64,000 bases of DNA, taken from positions 32,001 through 96,000 of the forward strand of contig JBPOGF010000004.1 in NCBI GenBank assembly GCA_051251915.1. The letters run 5' to 3'. The notes beneath the pieces are model-generated. The model was given only the letters and a program-made list of their open reading frames with translations, did no database searches and was not told the origin of the DNA. A program made the position numbers and the translations under genes. Below, piece after piece: positions 38,950 through 50,011 of the stretch. This stretch comes from Akkermansiaceae bacterium (GTDB lineage: Bacteria; Verrucomicrobiota; Verrucomicrobiia; Verrucomicrobiales; Akkermansiaceae). Numbering within the stretch: position 1 is the stretch's first letter; each line of letters begins with the position of its first letter.

Positions 38950-39738
38950 TTACTTGGCTAGATGGTTTAGGGCGCGCTGGGCGGCGAAGAGGCCGAGGGT
39001 GGCGGTCATGTGGGTGACGCTGCCGAAGCCTGATGCGCAATTGAGGCGCATGCTGTTAGATTGATCTGTGTCGCATTCTTCGGCGGCTGGGAAGACTGCG
39101 GGTTCATCGAAGAAGATGGCTTCGATGTTGAATTTTGGGGCTTTGTAATTTACGGCTTTTGGGAATCCGAACTTGCATCTGAGGCGTGTTCTTACTTTGT
39201 GAATGAGTGCGTCACGGGTGACTTTGGAGATGTCTGCTACTCTGATGCGGGTTGGGTCAATTTTTCCTCCGGCACCTCCGCAGGTTACTACGGGGATGTT
39301 GCGTCTGGTGCAATCGGCGATGAGGAATGTTTTTTGCATCATGAGGTCGATGGCGTCGATGACGAAGTCGTAGCCGGAGGAGAGGAGGCGGTCGGCGGTT
39401 TTTTCGTTGAAGAACGTTTGTTCGCAGATGACGTCGCATTCTGGGTTAATGAGTCGGATGCGTTCTGCCATGGCGTCTGTCTTTTGTTTGCCGATTTCTC
39501 CATCCATGGCGTGGAGTTGGCGGTTGATGTTGGTGACGCAGACTTCATCGAGGTCGACCATGGTGATTTTGCCGATGCCTGATCTGGCGAGTGATTCAGC
39601 TGCCCAGGAGCCTACGCCGCCGATGCCGATGACGGCTACGTGGGATTGGGTGAATTTCTCTAGGGCGGGGGTTCCGTAGAGTCGTGCAATTCCGCCAAAC
39701 CTGTCGATAGTGGTTTGAGATAATGTGGAGCTGGGCAT
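38950..39738 (-). CDS. tcdA: tRNA threonylcarbamoyladenosine dehydratase (ThiF family)
   Basis: RFGGIARLYG, GIGGVGSWAAESLARSG, TNINRQ, GGAGGKIDPT, C.SGFGS..HMTA. Confidence 0.9.
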   Translation of the reverse strand: MPSSTLSQTTIDRFGGIARLYGTPALEKFTQSHVAVIGIGGVGSWAAESLARSGIGKITMVDLDEVCVTNINRQLHAMDGEIGKQKTDAMAERIRLINPECDVICEQTFFNEKTADRLLSSGYDFVIDAIDLMMQKTFLIADCTRRNIPVVTCGGAGGKIDPTRIRVADISKVTRDALIHKVRTRLRCKFGFPKAVNYKAPKFNIEAIFFDEPAVFPAAEECDTDQSNSMRLNCASGFGSVTHMTATLGLFAAQRALNHLAK

Positions 39739-39753
39739 GGTGATCTAGGAGTT

Positions 39754-39782
39754 AAAAAGCCTCCTAGTGTGAGTAGGAGGCT
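39754..39782 (-). terminator. intrinsic terminator of the DEAD-box helicase gene
   Basis: AGCCTCCTA/TAGGAGGCT stem with A-run on + strand. Confidence 0.7.
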
Positions 39783-39811
39783 GGATGAAATTTTAGTGTG
39801 ATGAGTGGTGG

Positions 39812-41170
39812 TTAACTTCTTCTGCGTCTGGTGGATGATCTTCTTCTAGATGTGGAAGATGGTGCGGATGAGTTAGATCCTGGGCCGGATGATTTTTTGG
39901 CGTTTCCGCCTTGGCCTCTTCCTCCGCCGCCATTGCGTGGGGGTCTTGGTCCGCGTTGTTGTCTGGCTTGTTTTTTGCGCTCAGCGTCTGCCTTTTGAAC
40001 TTCTGAGGCACTTGGTGCGCGGTCTGGCCAGTGATCCGGGATGAAATTTTCATCGGTGAGGAGTGGGATTTTCTTGCTGATGAGTTTCTCGATGTCCTTG
40101 AGGAATGCACGCTCGTTGTTACAGACGAGTGAGATAGCTTCGCCGCTTTGACCAGCTCTTCCTGTGCGGCCGATACGGTGCACGTAGTCAGCGGGGACAT
40201 TTGGTAGCTCGTAGTTGATGACGTGCGGTAAGTAAGCGATGTCTAGCCCACGTGCTGCGATGTCTGTGGCTACGAGGACTCTAACAGAGTTGTTCTTGAA
40301 CCCTTGAAGAGCGCGTTCGCGTGCTCCTTGAGATTTGTTTCCGTGGATAGCGCTAGAGGATATTCCTGCGTTTTCTAGTTTTCCACTGAGGCGGTTTGCA
40401 CCGTGTTTGGTCTTGGTGAAGATGAGGACTTGGTTCCATTCGCCTTGATTGATGAGGTGGATGGCTAGGTCTGCTTTTGCGCCAGCATCACAGCGGTAGG
40501 CTGACTGCTCTACGCGTTCTGCGGTGGTGTTCTGGGCTGCTACTTCTACGGTGACAGGGTTATTTAGAAACTGTTTCGAGATGACCTTGATTTCCTTTGA
40601 GAAGGTGGCGGAGAAGAGGAGCGTTTGACGTTTTTTAGGGATGTAGTTCATCACCTTTTTGATGTCGTTGATGAAGCCCATGTCGAGCATTCTGTCTGCT
40701 TCATCTAGCACGAGAATTTCTACATTGCTGAGGTCGCAGGCGCGCTGTTGGCAGAGGTCTAGTAGGCGTCCTGGAGTGGCGACTAGCATGTCGATTCCTT
40801 GCTTGAGCTTGTTGATTTGTGGTTTGATGTTCACGCCGCCGAAGACAACGAGGCTCTTCAAATGAAGGTGGCTGCCGTATTCGTCGATGTTTGCTTTGAT
40901 CTGAGCAGCTAGCTCACGGGTAGGGGTGAGGACGAGTGCTCTGACTGATCTGCGGTCATTTCTGGCTGGGTTTTCAGAGAGTTTGTGGAGGATGGGAAGG
41001 GTGAAGCCTGCTGTCTTACCTGTGCCTGTCTGGGCGGCGGCTAGGACGTCTTTTCCAGCGAGAACTGGAGGGATGGCTTGTGCTTGGATGGGAGATGGGA
41101 TTTCGTATCCTTTGTCCGTGACTGCACGGAGGATTTTATCAGATAGGCCTAAGTCGGCGAAGGTATTCAT
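39812..41170 (-). CDS. rhlE: DEAD-box RNA helicase, RhlE-like
   Basis: [39 protein letters not shown]; basic C-terminal tail. Confidence 0.88.
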   Translation of the reverse strand: MNTFADLGLSDKILRAVTDKGYEIPSPIQAQAIPPVLAGKDVLAAAQTGTGKTAGFTLPILHKLSENPARNDRRSVRALVLTPTRELAAQIKANIDEYGSHLHLKSLVVFGGVNIKPQINKLKQGIDMLVATPGRLLDLCQQRACDLSNVEILVLDEADRMLDMGFINDIKKVMNYIPKKRQTLLFSATFSKEIKVISKQFLNNPVTVEVAAQNTTAERVEQSAYRCDAGAKADLAIHLINQGEWNQVLIFTKTKHGANRLSGKLENAGISSSAIHGNKSQGARERALQGFKNNSVRVLVATDIAARGLDIAYLPHVINYELPNVPADYVHRIGRTGRAGQSGEAISLVCNNERAFLKDIEKLISKKIPLLTDENFIPDHWPDRAPSASEVQKADAERKKQARQQRGPRPPRNGGGGRGQGGNAKKSSGPGSNSSAPSSTSRRRSSTRRRRS

Positions 41171-41347
41171 ATTTCAAAAAAAGTTAGAAAATTGTCCGCT
41201 TCAGCAACCTAGTGTGGCTGAGCGTGGGCGCACACTAGCTTATTTTCTTCTAATTGATAGAAGAAAGTGATTTTTTGGGCGAGTTGTATGTTCTTTACTC
41301 GTTCATTTGCAGAATCTTGGGTTGATTCAGGTGGGGTTTTATAGTGG

Positions 41348-41767
41348 CTAAAGATACTCAAGGAAGCTATTTCCTAGTTCGGTGAGGCGTGCTTTTTCCG
41401 TTTCTGAGAAGTCGTAAGGCTCTAATTTTCCTACGCCAATGGTGCCGAGGACGGTGTTGCCGTCTTCTGCTAGAATGGGTACAGCTAGTGAGCCTGAGAC
41501 TCCGGTTTTGCGGGCATCTTCTTTTGCTACGCCGCCTAGATCTTGCTGGAGGTTGCAGAGTTCTACGGGTTCTTTGGTTTCTGCTGCGACTCCTGCGATG
41601 CCTTTGCCGAAGGGTATCATGGAGATTTTCTCGATTAGGAATTCAGGAACTCCGGCGTGGCTTACTAGTGAAAGGAGTTCTCCGGGTTTTGCTGTTTTAT
41701 GGAGGGTTCCTGTGGCGCAACCGAACTCTGCCATTACTGCCTGTAATTTGTCATCAATCTCTTTCAT
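41348..41767 (-). CDS. GAF domain protein
   Basis: IPFGKGIAG.AA, SLAVPI, LGTIGV, FSETE pattern. Confidence 0.8.
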   Translation of the reverse strand: MKEIDDKLQAVMAEFGCATGTLHKTAKPGELLSLVSHAGVPEFLIEKISMIPFGKGIAGVAAETKEPVELCNLQQDLGGVAKEDARKTGVSGSLAVPILAEDGNTVLGTIGVGKLEPYDFSETEKARLTELGNSFLEYL

Positions 41768-41811
41768 ATAATTAGATATTGGAGTTAGATTTTGGTGTGT
41801 CCAGAAGAAAT

Positions 41812-43161
41812 CTATTTCTGATTACTTGCGTGCCATGCTTCGATTTCTTTGTTGAGGGCTTTGACTTTGTCTGGGTACTTGGCTGCGAGGTTGTTTGTTT
41901 CGTGTGGGTCATCGGATAGGTTATAGAGTCTAAATGGTTCTTTGTCCCATTGATGGAGTTTGATGTATTGGGTGGTGTCGATGCCGTTTTTGCGAACTAA
42001 TAGTTTCCAATCTCCGTGAACGCACCAGAGGTATTGGAGTGTTTCATTTGGTTTGCCTAGGGTCATGTTGTGAGAGGAGTGGCTCACTCCGAAGACGGTG
42101 GTGCGCGCTGCTCTGGCTTTAGGATCTGTTAGGTCGATGCCTTCTAGGCCTGCTGGTGTGGGAATGCCGGCAACTGACATGATGGTGGGGAAGATGTCGA
42201 CTGTGTGTGCGAGGTCTTTGGAGTTTAGTGGTTCTATTTTGGCGGGCCAGGTGACCATTATTGGGGTGCGGACTCCGTTTTCGTACGGTGAGCTTTTTGA
42301 ACGCTGGGCGTAGTGTTTCCAGTCTTTCTGGGTGGGGTCGTCTGCGTTGGTGGAGGCGTTTGCCCAGCCGTTGTCACAGGCGTAGATGAAGACGGTATTT
42401 TCTGTGAGGTTCTTTATGTCGATGTAGTTGATGACCTGGCCGCATGTTTCATCGAACCATTCGCACATTGCGTAGTATTTGGCGACATCGAGAGGGATTC
42501 CGTTTGCTGTGTATTTCTCTAGTAAGCGTGCTGGTGGGTTGTGTGGTGTGTGGGGGAGGAATGGGGCGTACCAGACGAGGAATGGCTTTTTTTCTTCTAC
42601 TGCGAAGTCGATGAAGTCTGTGACTGGCTTGATGCCATCTCTGCCGATGGTTAAACCTGCGTCACCGTGACGGCCTTTGCGCTTAGGGTCAGCATGTGTC
42701 ATGCCGTGGGTGAAGCCACCTTCTTGGTAGGTTCCTTCCCACCATTTACCGGATTGGTGGGTGAGGTAGCCGTTGGCTGTTAGAGATTTTACGAAGCTGG
42801 GGAGCTGGTGAAATGCATCGCGGAATGGGGGATCATTTTCTGCGCGGTTGGTTTTCTGATTTGCATCATTTCCTACGATTCCGTGCTTGGTGGGGGAGAC
42901 TCCGGTGACGATGGATGCTAGCGAGGGGCGACAGATGGGAGCGGCTACGTAACCGCGCTCGAATGTGAGACCTTGTTTGGCGAGTTTGTCTAGATTAGGG
43001 GTCTTTATTTCTTTGTGGCCCATGAAGCCGTAGTCGGTCCAAGCTTGATCATCGCTGAGGAGAAAGACGATGTTAGGGCGCGGGGTTTCTGCGCTGGCTA
43101 GTGAGAGTGTGAGGAAGGAGCTGAATAGTGAAAGTAGGATTACCTTAATCAATGAGTGCAT
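41812..43161 (-). CDS. secreted sulfatase (S1 family)
   Basis: signal peptide, PNIVFLLSDD, TPNLD, CRPSLASIVTG, GKWW, PHTPH, DNG. Confidence 0.88.
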   Translation of the reverse strand: MHSLIKVILLSLFSSFLTLSLASAETPRPNIVFLLSDDQAWTDYGFMGHKEIKTPNLDKLAKQGLTFERGYVAAPICRPSLASIVTGVSPTKHGIVGNDANQKTNRAENDPPFRDAFHQLPSFVKSLTANGYLTHQSGKWWEGTYQEGGFTHGMTHADPKRKGRHGDAGLTIGRDGIKPVTDFIDFAVEEKKPFLVWYAPFLPHTPHNPPARLLEKYTANGIPLDVAKYYAMCEWFDETCGQVINYIDIKNLTENTVFIYACDNGWANASTNADDPTQKDWKHYAQRSKSSPYENGVRTPIMVTWPAKIEPLNSKDLAHTVDIFPTIMSVAGIPTPAGLEGIDLTDPKARAARTTVFGVSHSSHNMTLGKPNETLQYLWCVHGDWKLLVRKNGIDTTQYIKLHQWDKEPFRLYNLSDDPHETNNLAAKYPDKVKALNKEIEAWHASNQK

Positions 43162-43229
43162 GAAAGAATCGTAGGTGCTGAAGGTCTATAGTCAAAAAAA
43201 AATCAGTATGGGACGGCGGTAATATTATA

Positions 43230-44099
43230 TTAGCGAGCTCTGAGTTGAGGGGCTTCTGCGAAGGCTCTGGCGTTTGTGCGATTGTTTATTTCAGTGGTGC
43301 CGTAGGTCCATGGGTTGATGCCTTTTTCGGTGAAGACAGCCATGCCGATGACGCCGATGTTTCTGGTTCCTTGGCCGCTGAGGTTGCTGTAGGAGCTGTT
43401 TACGCTGGCGAACTTGAATGCGGCGACTGCGTCTTCGCTTTTTCTGAAGCCTTTGACGGTGAGGGTTTTTCCTGGGTGGATGATGTAGCCGCGTTTTTTA
43501 GTTGAGGCTGGCTTGCCGTCTAGGACGTCTAGGCCATCTACGCTCATGACTATTTCTAGGCGAGATTTAGTGAGGTTTTTTACGACGAGTGAGTAGGTTT
43601 GGTTTTTGCTTCCGACTACGAATCTTTTACCGCTAGAGTGGCGGTTTTTGAGATATCCCCAGCTTCCTTTGACTCCCCATTCGACCATGCCGTTGGCTGT
43701 CTTTTGGAGGCCTTTGCCGCTGTAGTTCCATGAGTTGGTCATGGCTTTGATGCCTTCTGCATCGTTGTAGTAAATGGATGCCATAGAGGCTGGGTGTGCG
43801 TTGGCGCGGTGGAAGTTGGTGTAGTTTACTGAGGAGGCTACGTCATCGCCCCAGCCGGTGCCTAGTCCTGGGCGTTCTTGTGGAGGGCGGGATACTGTTT
43901 TACTTCTGCTAATAGATGGATGGTAGTCGCTCGCTAGTTCGCTATTGTTTGCTTGTGGTGCGTAGGATGGTGCTGTGACTGCTCCTGCGGGGACAGCACA
44001 GCTTGTAAGGTGGACTAATCCTAGTCCGAGGGTGGCTGCCATCAGGAGCTGCTTGGCTCGATGCCCGAGTGTGAGATTTATAAATAAGTTCGGTTTCAT
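43230..44099 (-). CDS. hypothetical lipoprotein
   Basis: lipobox LTSC; globular region with GLGTGWG, SVDGLDVLDG, GVIGMAVF; start ATG 44099 or a later Met. Confidence 0.7.
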   Translation of the reverse strand: MKPNLFINLTLGHRAKQLLMAATLGLGLVHLTSCAVPAGAVTAPSYAPQANNSELASDYHPSISRSKTVSRPPQERPGLGTGWGDDVASSVNYTNFHRANAHPASMASIYYNDAEGIKAMTNSWNYSGKGLQKTANGMVEWGVKGSWGYLKNRHSSGKRFVVGSKNQTYSLVVKNLTKSRLEIVMSVDGLDVLDGKPASTKKRGYIIHPGKTLTVKGFRKSEDAVAAFKFASVNSSYSNLSGQGTRNIGVIGMAVFTEKGINPWTYGTTEINNRTNARAFAEAPQLRAR

Positions 44100-44146
44100 A
44101 ATAAGGCTAGAAAAACAGCATTTGGGTGATTCGTCAATTCTTTTTG

Positions 44147-44188
44147 TGCTAAAAATACTGCACTTTTGTAATTGCAGTATTTTTAGCA
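44147..44188. promoter_or_regulatory. 16-bp perfect inverted repeat, putative BlaI-family operator
   Basis: TGCTAAAAATACTGCA-N10-TGCAGTATTTTTAGCA overlapping TTGCAG-16-TATGGT promoter of the repressor gene. Confidence 0.7.
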
Positions 44189-44205
44189 TCATGTATGGTA
44201 TGTTT

Positions 44206-44574
44206 ATGAGCAGATTAGAAAAAGGTCAAATGTCGCGCCGAGAGAGGCAGATCATGGACATCATTTATCGACTGGGGCAGGCTTCAGCGAAGGATGTGCA
44301 GGAGAATCTCCCCGATCCTCCATCGTATTCTGCGGTGCGTGCGTTGTTAGTGACGCTGGAGAATAAGGGGATGGTGAAGCATGCTAAGGAATCACGGCGC
44401 TACATTTATAAGCCGGCTATTACTGAGAAGAAGGCGCGTAAGTCTGCGCTAAAGAATTTGATTTCAACGTTCTTTGAGGGCAAGCCGCAGAATCTTGTGG
44501 CGGCGTTGTTGGATGAGAATGATCAGGACTTATCGAAAGAGCAGATCGATGAGATTCGTAATATGGTAAAGTAG
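44206..44574 (+). CDS. BlaI/MecI/CopY family transcriptional repressor
   Basis: SRRERQIMDIIY, YSAVRALL.TLENKG, YIYKPA, FFEG; start ATG 44206. Confidence 0.9.
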   Translation: MSRLEKGQMSRRERQIMDIIYRLGQASAKDVQENLPDPPSYSAVRALLVTLENKGMVKHAKESRRYIYKPAITEKKARKSALKNLISTFFEGKPQNLVAALLDENDQDLSKEQIDEIRNMVK

Positions 44575-44598
44575 CATCTCTTTAGGAATTTAGGAAAC

Positions 44599-45666
44599 AT
44601 GATCATCACTAGCATTATTATATCGGCACTGGCCCTGGCACTTAGCATGTGGATGGGGCGGCGGAATCCGGTGCGCTCATCTGGGCTAACGGCTGGGATG
44701 TTGGTATTGTTGATGATTACACCGTTATTGCTTTGGATGCCGAAGGTGCATCTTGATTTGGATTTGCCGTGGGCATCATCGGCAGTGGTGAATGCTGCTG
44801 AGAGTAGTTCACTGAGTGAGAATTCTTGGAGTTTGATGTATTTGTTGATGTGGGTTTATGGTATTGTTTGTGTGGTATTGCTGACTAGGTTGTTAGGTCA
44901 TTTTCATGTTGTGAAGCGTTGGTGTAGTGAGTCGGTGGTGGATAAGAATGAGGATCATTTGAAGTTGTTAGAGGAATGTGCGGATCAGCTGAGTTTGGGT
45001 AAATTGCCAGAGGTAAGTTTTTCTGAGCGGGTGAATTCACCAGTGATCACGGGGTTATTTCATCCTGTGTTATTACTTCCTTCACGCGCTAGTGAGTGGA
45101 GTGGTGAGACTTTGAAGATGGTGATGCTTCATGAGTTAGGGCATGTGCAGCGGCGTGATTTATGGACGAGTCTTGCGGGGCAGATTGCTTGTGCGTTGCA
45201 TTGGTTTAATCCGTTGGTGTGGATGCTTAGGAAGCGACTTACTCATGAGTGTGAGTATGCTTGTGATGCGCATGTAATTTCCTGTGGTGCGCATCCGGGG
45301 AACTATATTAATGCGCTTTGTGATGTGGCAGAGTCTTGCCAGAATAAGAATATGCTGAATGCTCGGAATGGGCATTCGCTGGCCTTTTCTGCGGCGTTAT
45401 CGATGGCGAATAAGGCGAGTTTGAGGAATAGGGTTGAGAATTTGTTAGAGAAGAAGCCTGGGGTGAATAAGGCGAGTTCGGTAATTGTGGTGGGAGTTCT
45501 TGTTGTTTCTGCGACAGCTGCGCTGGCTATTAATTTGGTTCGTCCTGAGATGCATCAGGATATGAGTCCTGAGATGAAAATGGATCATGAGCTAATCGAA
45601 GCTAACACTCCTACTAGAGAAGAGGTGCAGCTTCGGTTAAGTGCTAATGCCTTTCCTGGGGGTTAG
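44599..45666 (+). CDS. BlaR1-type M56 metallopeptidase
   Basis: SPVITG..HPVLLLP, LHELGHV.RRD, WFNPLVW, EYACD. Confidence 0.9.
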   Translation: MIITSIIISALALALSMWMGRRNPVRSSGLTAGMLVLLMITPLLLWMPKVHLDLDLPWASSAVVNAAESSSLSENSWSLMYLLMWVYGIVCVVLLTRLLGHFHVVKRWCSESVVDKNEDHLKLLEECADQLSLGKLPEVSFSERVNSPVITGLFHPVLLLPSRASEWSGETLKMVMLHELGHVQRRDLWTSLAGQIACALHWFNPLVWMLRKRLTHECEYACDAHVISCGAHPGNYINALCDVAESCQNKNMLNARNGHSLAFSAALSMANKASLRNRVENLLEKKPGVNKASSVIVVGVLVVSATAALAINLVRPEMHQDMSPEMKMDHELIEANTPTREEVQLRLSANAFPGG

Positions 45667-46424
45667 AATCTCCAAGTAAATCCGAGTTTGACGACGGGGT
45701 AGATATCGTATTTTTCGAGATCGTCGATGATATCTTGTTCTTCGCTGTTGAATGCAATTTGTGGCACTGAGCCTAAGAGGGCACTGTTTGGTGTGAGGTT
45801 CACTTCTGGTGGTCCGATGAAGATGGCGCCGGCATCGAATGATACTATGTATTGTTTCTCATTCCCCCATGCCCAATCCCAACCTATACCGAGGTAGGGA
45901 GCAAAGTCTGAGTAACTAATGTCTCCAGTGAGTGAGTCACCCGCTTGGAAGGTGTAGGAAATAATATTACCGATATTTAATACTTGGCCTGGAGCGCTAG
46001 CGTCTATGCTAATGTTATTATCAACTGCGTAGCCACCGAAACTGATTCTGAAGCCTTTCCCGAGTGTGCTGTTGGCAAAGGGGAGGTAGTTTGCGGTGAT
46101 ACCAGAGGAGAAGAAGTCTAGTTTTGAGTCGTAATTAATATTATCAAGGTCTAGTTCTTTATCAAAAGTGAGGCCTTGAATTTCTCCTTTGAGGTAGAAT
46201 TTTTTGTTAAATTGGTAGGTCACGTGTCCGCCAAGACCGAGTGTGGAGATGGAGATGCCTGCTCCCCAATGGTTGTTTAAGTTGTCTAGGCTGTGAGAGG
46301 TTGCCCAGTCGCCAGTGTTAGAAGGGGCGGGATTGTCTTGGATGTCTGTTGCGGCAGTGGCTAGCGGGCAGATTAAGGAAAGAAGCGGGGCTAGGATGCG
46401 TGTTTTGGTATCATTATTCATCAT
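45663..46424 (-). CDS. outer-membrane beta-barrel protein
   Basis: signal peptide, STLGLG, APYLGIGW, C-terminal VVKLGFTWRF. Confidence 0.75.
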   Translation of the reverse strand: MMNNDTKTRILAPLLSLICPLATAATDIQDNPAPSNTGDWATSHSLDNLNNHWGAGISISTLGLGGHVTYQFNKKFYLKGEIQGLTFDKELDLDNINYDSKLDFFSSGITANYLPFANSTLGKGFRISFGGYAVDNNISIDASAPGQVLNIGNIISYTFQAGDSLTGDISYSDFAPYLGIGWDWAWGNEKQYIVSFDAGAIFIGPPEVNLTPNSALLGSVPQIAFNSEEQDIIDDLEKYDIYPVVKLGFTWRF

Positions 46425-46445
46425 CTGTTTAGATAATGTAAAACT

Positions 46446-46808
46446 TCACCGCTGCACAAGATAAAAGCCAATAAAGCAGAGGGCTAGGCCGCCTAGGAGG
46501 GAGATGAGGGAGTAGGTGATGGCTAGGGTGAGGTTGCCGGACTGGATGAGTTTTTGGGTGTCTAGGGCGAAGGTGGAGAAGGTGGTGAAGCCGCCGAGGA
46601 AGCCGGTGACGGCTAGGGGGGAGATCCAGGTGGGGTGGTGGGATTTAACGAGTCCGTAGATGATGCCGATGAGGAGGCAGCCTAGGAGGTTGGCGGTGAG
46701 GATGCCGTAGGGCATTTTGGAGCCTTCGCTTTGGAGTTGGAGTGAGAGGATGTAGCGGGCGGTGGCGCCTAGGCCGCTGCCGATGAAGATGAGGAGAATG
46801 TGATTCAC
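46446..46808 (-). CDS. crcB: fluoride efflux channel
   Basis: GATARY, PYGILTANLLG, GFLGGFTTFSTF. Confidence 0.93.
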   Translation of the reverse strand: MNHILLIFIGSGLGATARYILSLQLQSEGSKMPYGILTANLLGCLLIGIIYGLVKSHHPTWISPLAVTGFLGGFTTFSTFALDTQKLIQSGNLTLAITYSLISLLGGLALCFIGFYLVQR

Positions 46809-46966
46809 TGTGTCGCGGGATATGGTGGAATGTTATTGAGAGCTTATATAGCAAACGGGCAGTAGCAGGAAGCAGGAAGCAAGTAGCCGCAAGCGAACTT
46901 TTAGAGTTTGAAGTGAAATGAGATTGTTAGAGAATGTCTTCAGTTAGAGCGATTCGGTTATGGTGG

Positions 46967-47794
46967 TTATTTCTTGAGGATACCGTAGCGTGGGCTGAAG
47001 GTGAATGCGAGGAGGAAGATGAGGCCTAGGAGGATGACGATGGCTTGGCCGGCGTGGATGTTGATAAAGTGGCTGAGTGTCACGCCGCCTGCGCCGGAGA
47101 GTGCGCCGATGATGGCGCCGCCCCAGAAGAGGCTTTTGGTATTGTCTGTGAAGAGTAGCATGATGGCGGAGGGGGCTACGAGGAGTGAGACTGAGAGGAC
47201 GCTGCCTACTGCTTGGAGGGAGGCTACGAGCATGAGGATGAGGAGGGTGAAGATGAGGTACTGCATGGCTCTGACGGGAACTCCCTGGGCGGATGCAACG
47301 TGGGGTTCGAACATGGTGAGGAGGAGGGGGCGCATGAAGAGGTTACTGAGGGCGAGGCTGATGGTGCTGATGATGAAGATGAAGTTTAGGTCCCGCTGGG
47401 ACATGAGGCTGAGGTCGCCGAAGAGCCAGCTTTCTAGGCTAGCGATGATGGGGAGGTGGGGGAGGATGGCGATGCCTCCGGAGAAGGCGGCGGTGTAGAG
47501 GACGGCGAGGGCGGTGCTCTCTGGGATGCGGGAGTTTCTGCTGACTAGGACGGAGCCTAGGCCGACGAGGATGCAGGCGAGGAGGGCGCCGATGAAGGCG
47601 TTGGCCTGGGTGAGCTGCTGGGTGATGAGGACGGCGATGGCGATGCCGGGGAGCATGGTGTGGGAGAGTGCTGAGACGGAGAGGGCGCTGCGGCGGAGGT
47701 TTACGAAGCCGCTGAAGAAGCCGTTGGCAAAGCCGATGACTGTGGCTCCGATGAAGGGAGCGACCATGAGGTCTATGTTGGCGATGATGTTCAT
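46967..47794 (-). CDS. Mn/Zn/Fe ABC transporter permease
   Basis: ALSHTMLPG, WLFGD, multiple TM; ABC-3 family pattern. Confidence 0.88.
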   Translation of the reverse strand: MNIIANIDLMVAPFIGATVIGFANGFFSGFVNLRRSALSVSALSHTMLPGIAIAVLITQQLTQANAFIGALLACILVGLGSVLVSRNSRIPESTALAVLYTAAFSGGIAILPHLPIIASLESWLFGDLSLMSQRDLNFIFIISTISLALSNLFMRPLLLTMFEPHVASAQGVPVRAMQYLIFTLLILMLVASLQAVGSVLSVSLLVAPSAIMLLFTDNTKSLFWGGAIIGALSGAGGVTLSHFINIHAGQAIVILLGLIFLLAFTFSPRYGILKK

Positions 47795-47802
47795 TAGGGG
47801 GC

Positions 47803-48587
<785 letters not shown>

Positions 48588-48588
<1 letters not shown>

Positions 48589-49055
48589 TACTCGTTCTCC
48601 TTCCAGTGAAATTTCATGATGTCGGTGATGTCGCCTTCTGCTCTGATGGTTTGAGTTTGTGAGTCGAGGTCATCTGGTGAGATGATGACTTGCATGAATT
48701 TGTAGCCGTCTTGTGGGGATTCCCATTGTGCCTCGCATTGGATTTCTATTTCATCAGAGGTAAGTTTTTTCACTGGGATGAAGACGTCGCCGCTCCATTC
48801 GGAGGCGTTGAGGTTGTTAACCTTGATGAGTGGGAGTGCGGTGGCGGGGTGGGTGAGGGAGAAGTTCTTGGCCTCGGAGGAGAAGTAGATTTCTAGGTAG
48901 ACGGAGACTTGATCTGCTTTGATGTGCTCAACGGGGGTTGAGGTTTCAGGCTGAGTGGTATTGCCATCGATAGAGAAAGCCACGCGCATTCCTGCATACA
49001 TGGCGAGCATGATTAGGCAGGCTAATAGGGTAGCGAGTATGGGTGATCCTTTCAT
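48588..49055 (-). CDS. hypothetical membrane-anchored/exported protein
   Basis: N-terminal hydrophobic helix; stop overlaps the ATPase start. Confidence 0.65.
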
Positions 49056-49115
49056 GGTGAAAACTTACCTCTGGTGGCTAGCGAGGCGGGTGCAAGTGTC
49101 AGCAGGAATCGGCGC

Positions 49116-49136
49116 TAATGCAAGAAAATTGCGTTA
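49116..49136. promoter_or_regulatory. putative Fur-family (Mur/Zur) operator
   Basis: dyad TAATGCAA-GAAAA-TTGCGTTA upstream of the metal ABC operon. Confidence 0.45.
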
Positions 49137-49549
49137 AGTCGGGCAGGGAGATCAAGCTAGTTTTTTTACCAGGAATAACGGGTATCTTCACGAATGTGGT
49201 GGACGATGAAGCTTTTTTTGTCCGCTAAATACACTAAAATCACGAAACCATTACGATGAAAGCTGAATGGAAGTATTTTAAACGACACGCGACTGAATAG
49301 CGCTGAATTACGCTGAATAAATATGCCGAACTAGTTCATATGTTCCTAGCTTGGTTGCAGTGAGGGGGGATGAATTTTTGTGAGAGAATAGCTGAGGGTT
49401 TGTTGGGGGCTGAGTTGAGTGAGTGTGGGAGTGGGTTGGAGAATTTAGGGGTGATTTGGTTTATTTGTAGTCAAAGGGTGAGAAAGATTCATCTTTCATT
49501 TTTTGTGTTAGTGGTCTTAATGGCGGGGATACGAGCTACGTAAAAAATT

Positions 49550-50005
49550 ATGCCATACAGAATTTGCAAGATGATAGAAGTGGAGAATGGTCACCTACTT
49601 TCCAAGCACCCGGATAAATGCCGTTTCCCGCATGGGCATACACGTAAGGTGGAGCTTGTGTTTGAGGCTGATACGCTGGATGACCATGAGATGGTGTTTG
49701 ATTTCAAGCTGGTGAAGCACATGGTTGAGGAGTTTATCGAGACTTATGATCATGCGCTGTGTATGAATACGGCTGATCCTAAGTTTGAGTTTTTCAAGGA
49801 TGCTTATGGGGATAGGATTATTGGGTTTGAGAATGAGGATCCTACTACGGAGGTGATGGCTCGGACGATTTTTGATCATACTAGCGGGCAGCTGGCGCAT
49901 CATGTGAATAATCCGGATGACGAGTATCCAGTGCGCGCGGAGGTGCGACTGAAGACGGTGCGGATCTGGGAGACTACTAGTTCTTGGGCTGAGTATTCCG
50001 TCTAG
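49550..50005 (+). CDS. queD: 6-carboxytetrahydropterin synthase (PTPS family)
   Basis: GHLL..HPDKCRFPHGH, DFK, DHA, PTTE, IWET. Confidence 0.85.
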   Translation: MPYRICKMIEVENGHLLSKHPDKCRFPHGHTRKVELVFEADTLDDHEMVFDFKLVKHMVEEFIETYDHALCMNTADPKFEFFKDAYGDRIIGFENEDPTTEVMARTIFDHTSGQLAHHVNNPDDEYPVRAEVRLKTVRIWETTSSWAEYSV

Positions 50006-50011
50006 TGCGGG

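Noticed and set aside
49056..49549. tRNA, riboswitch or sRNA in the long intergenic gap upstream of queD
   Set aside because: No cloverleaf, T-loop or preQ1-type pattern recognisable by eye; an Infernal/Rfam scan would be needed
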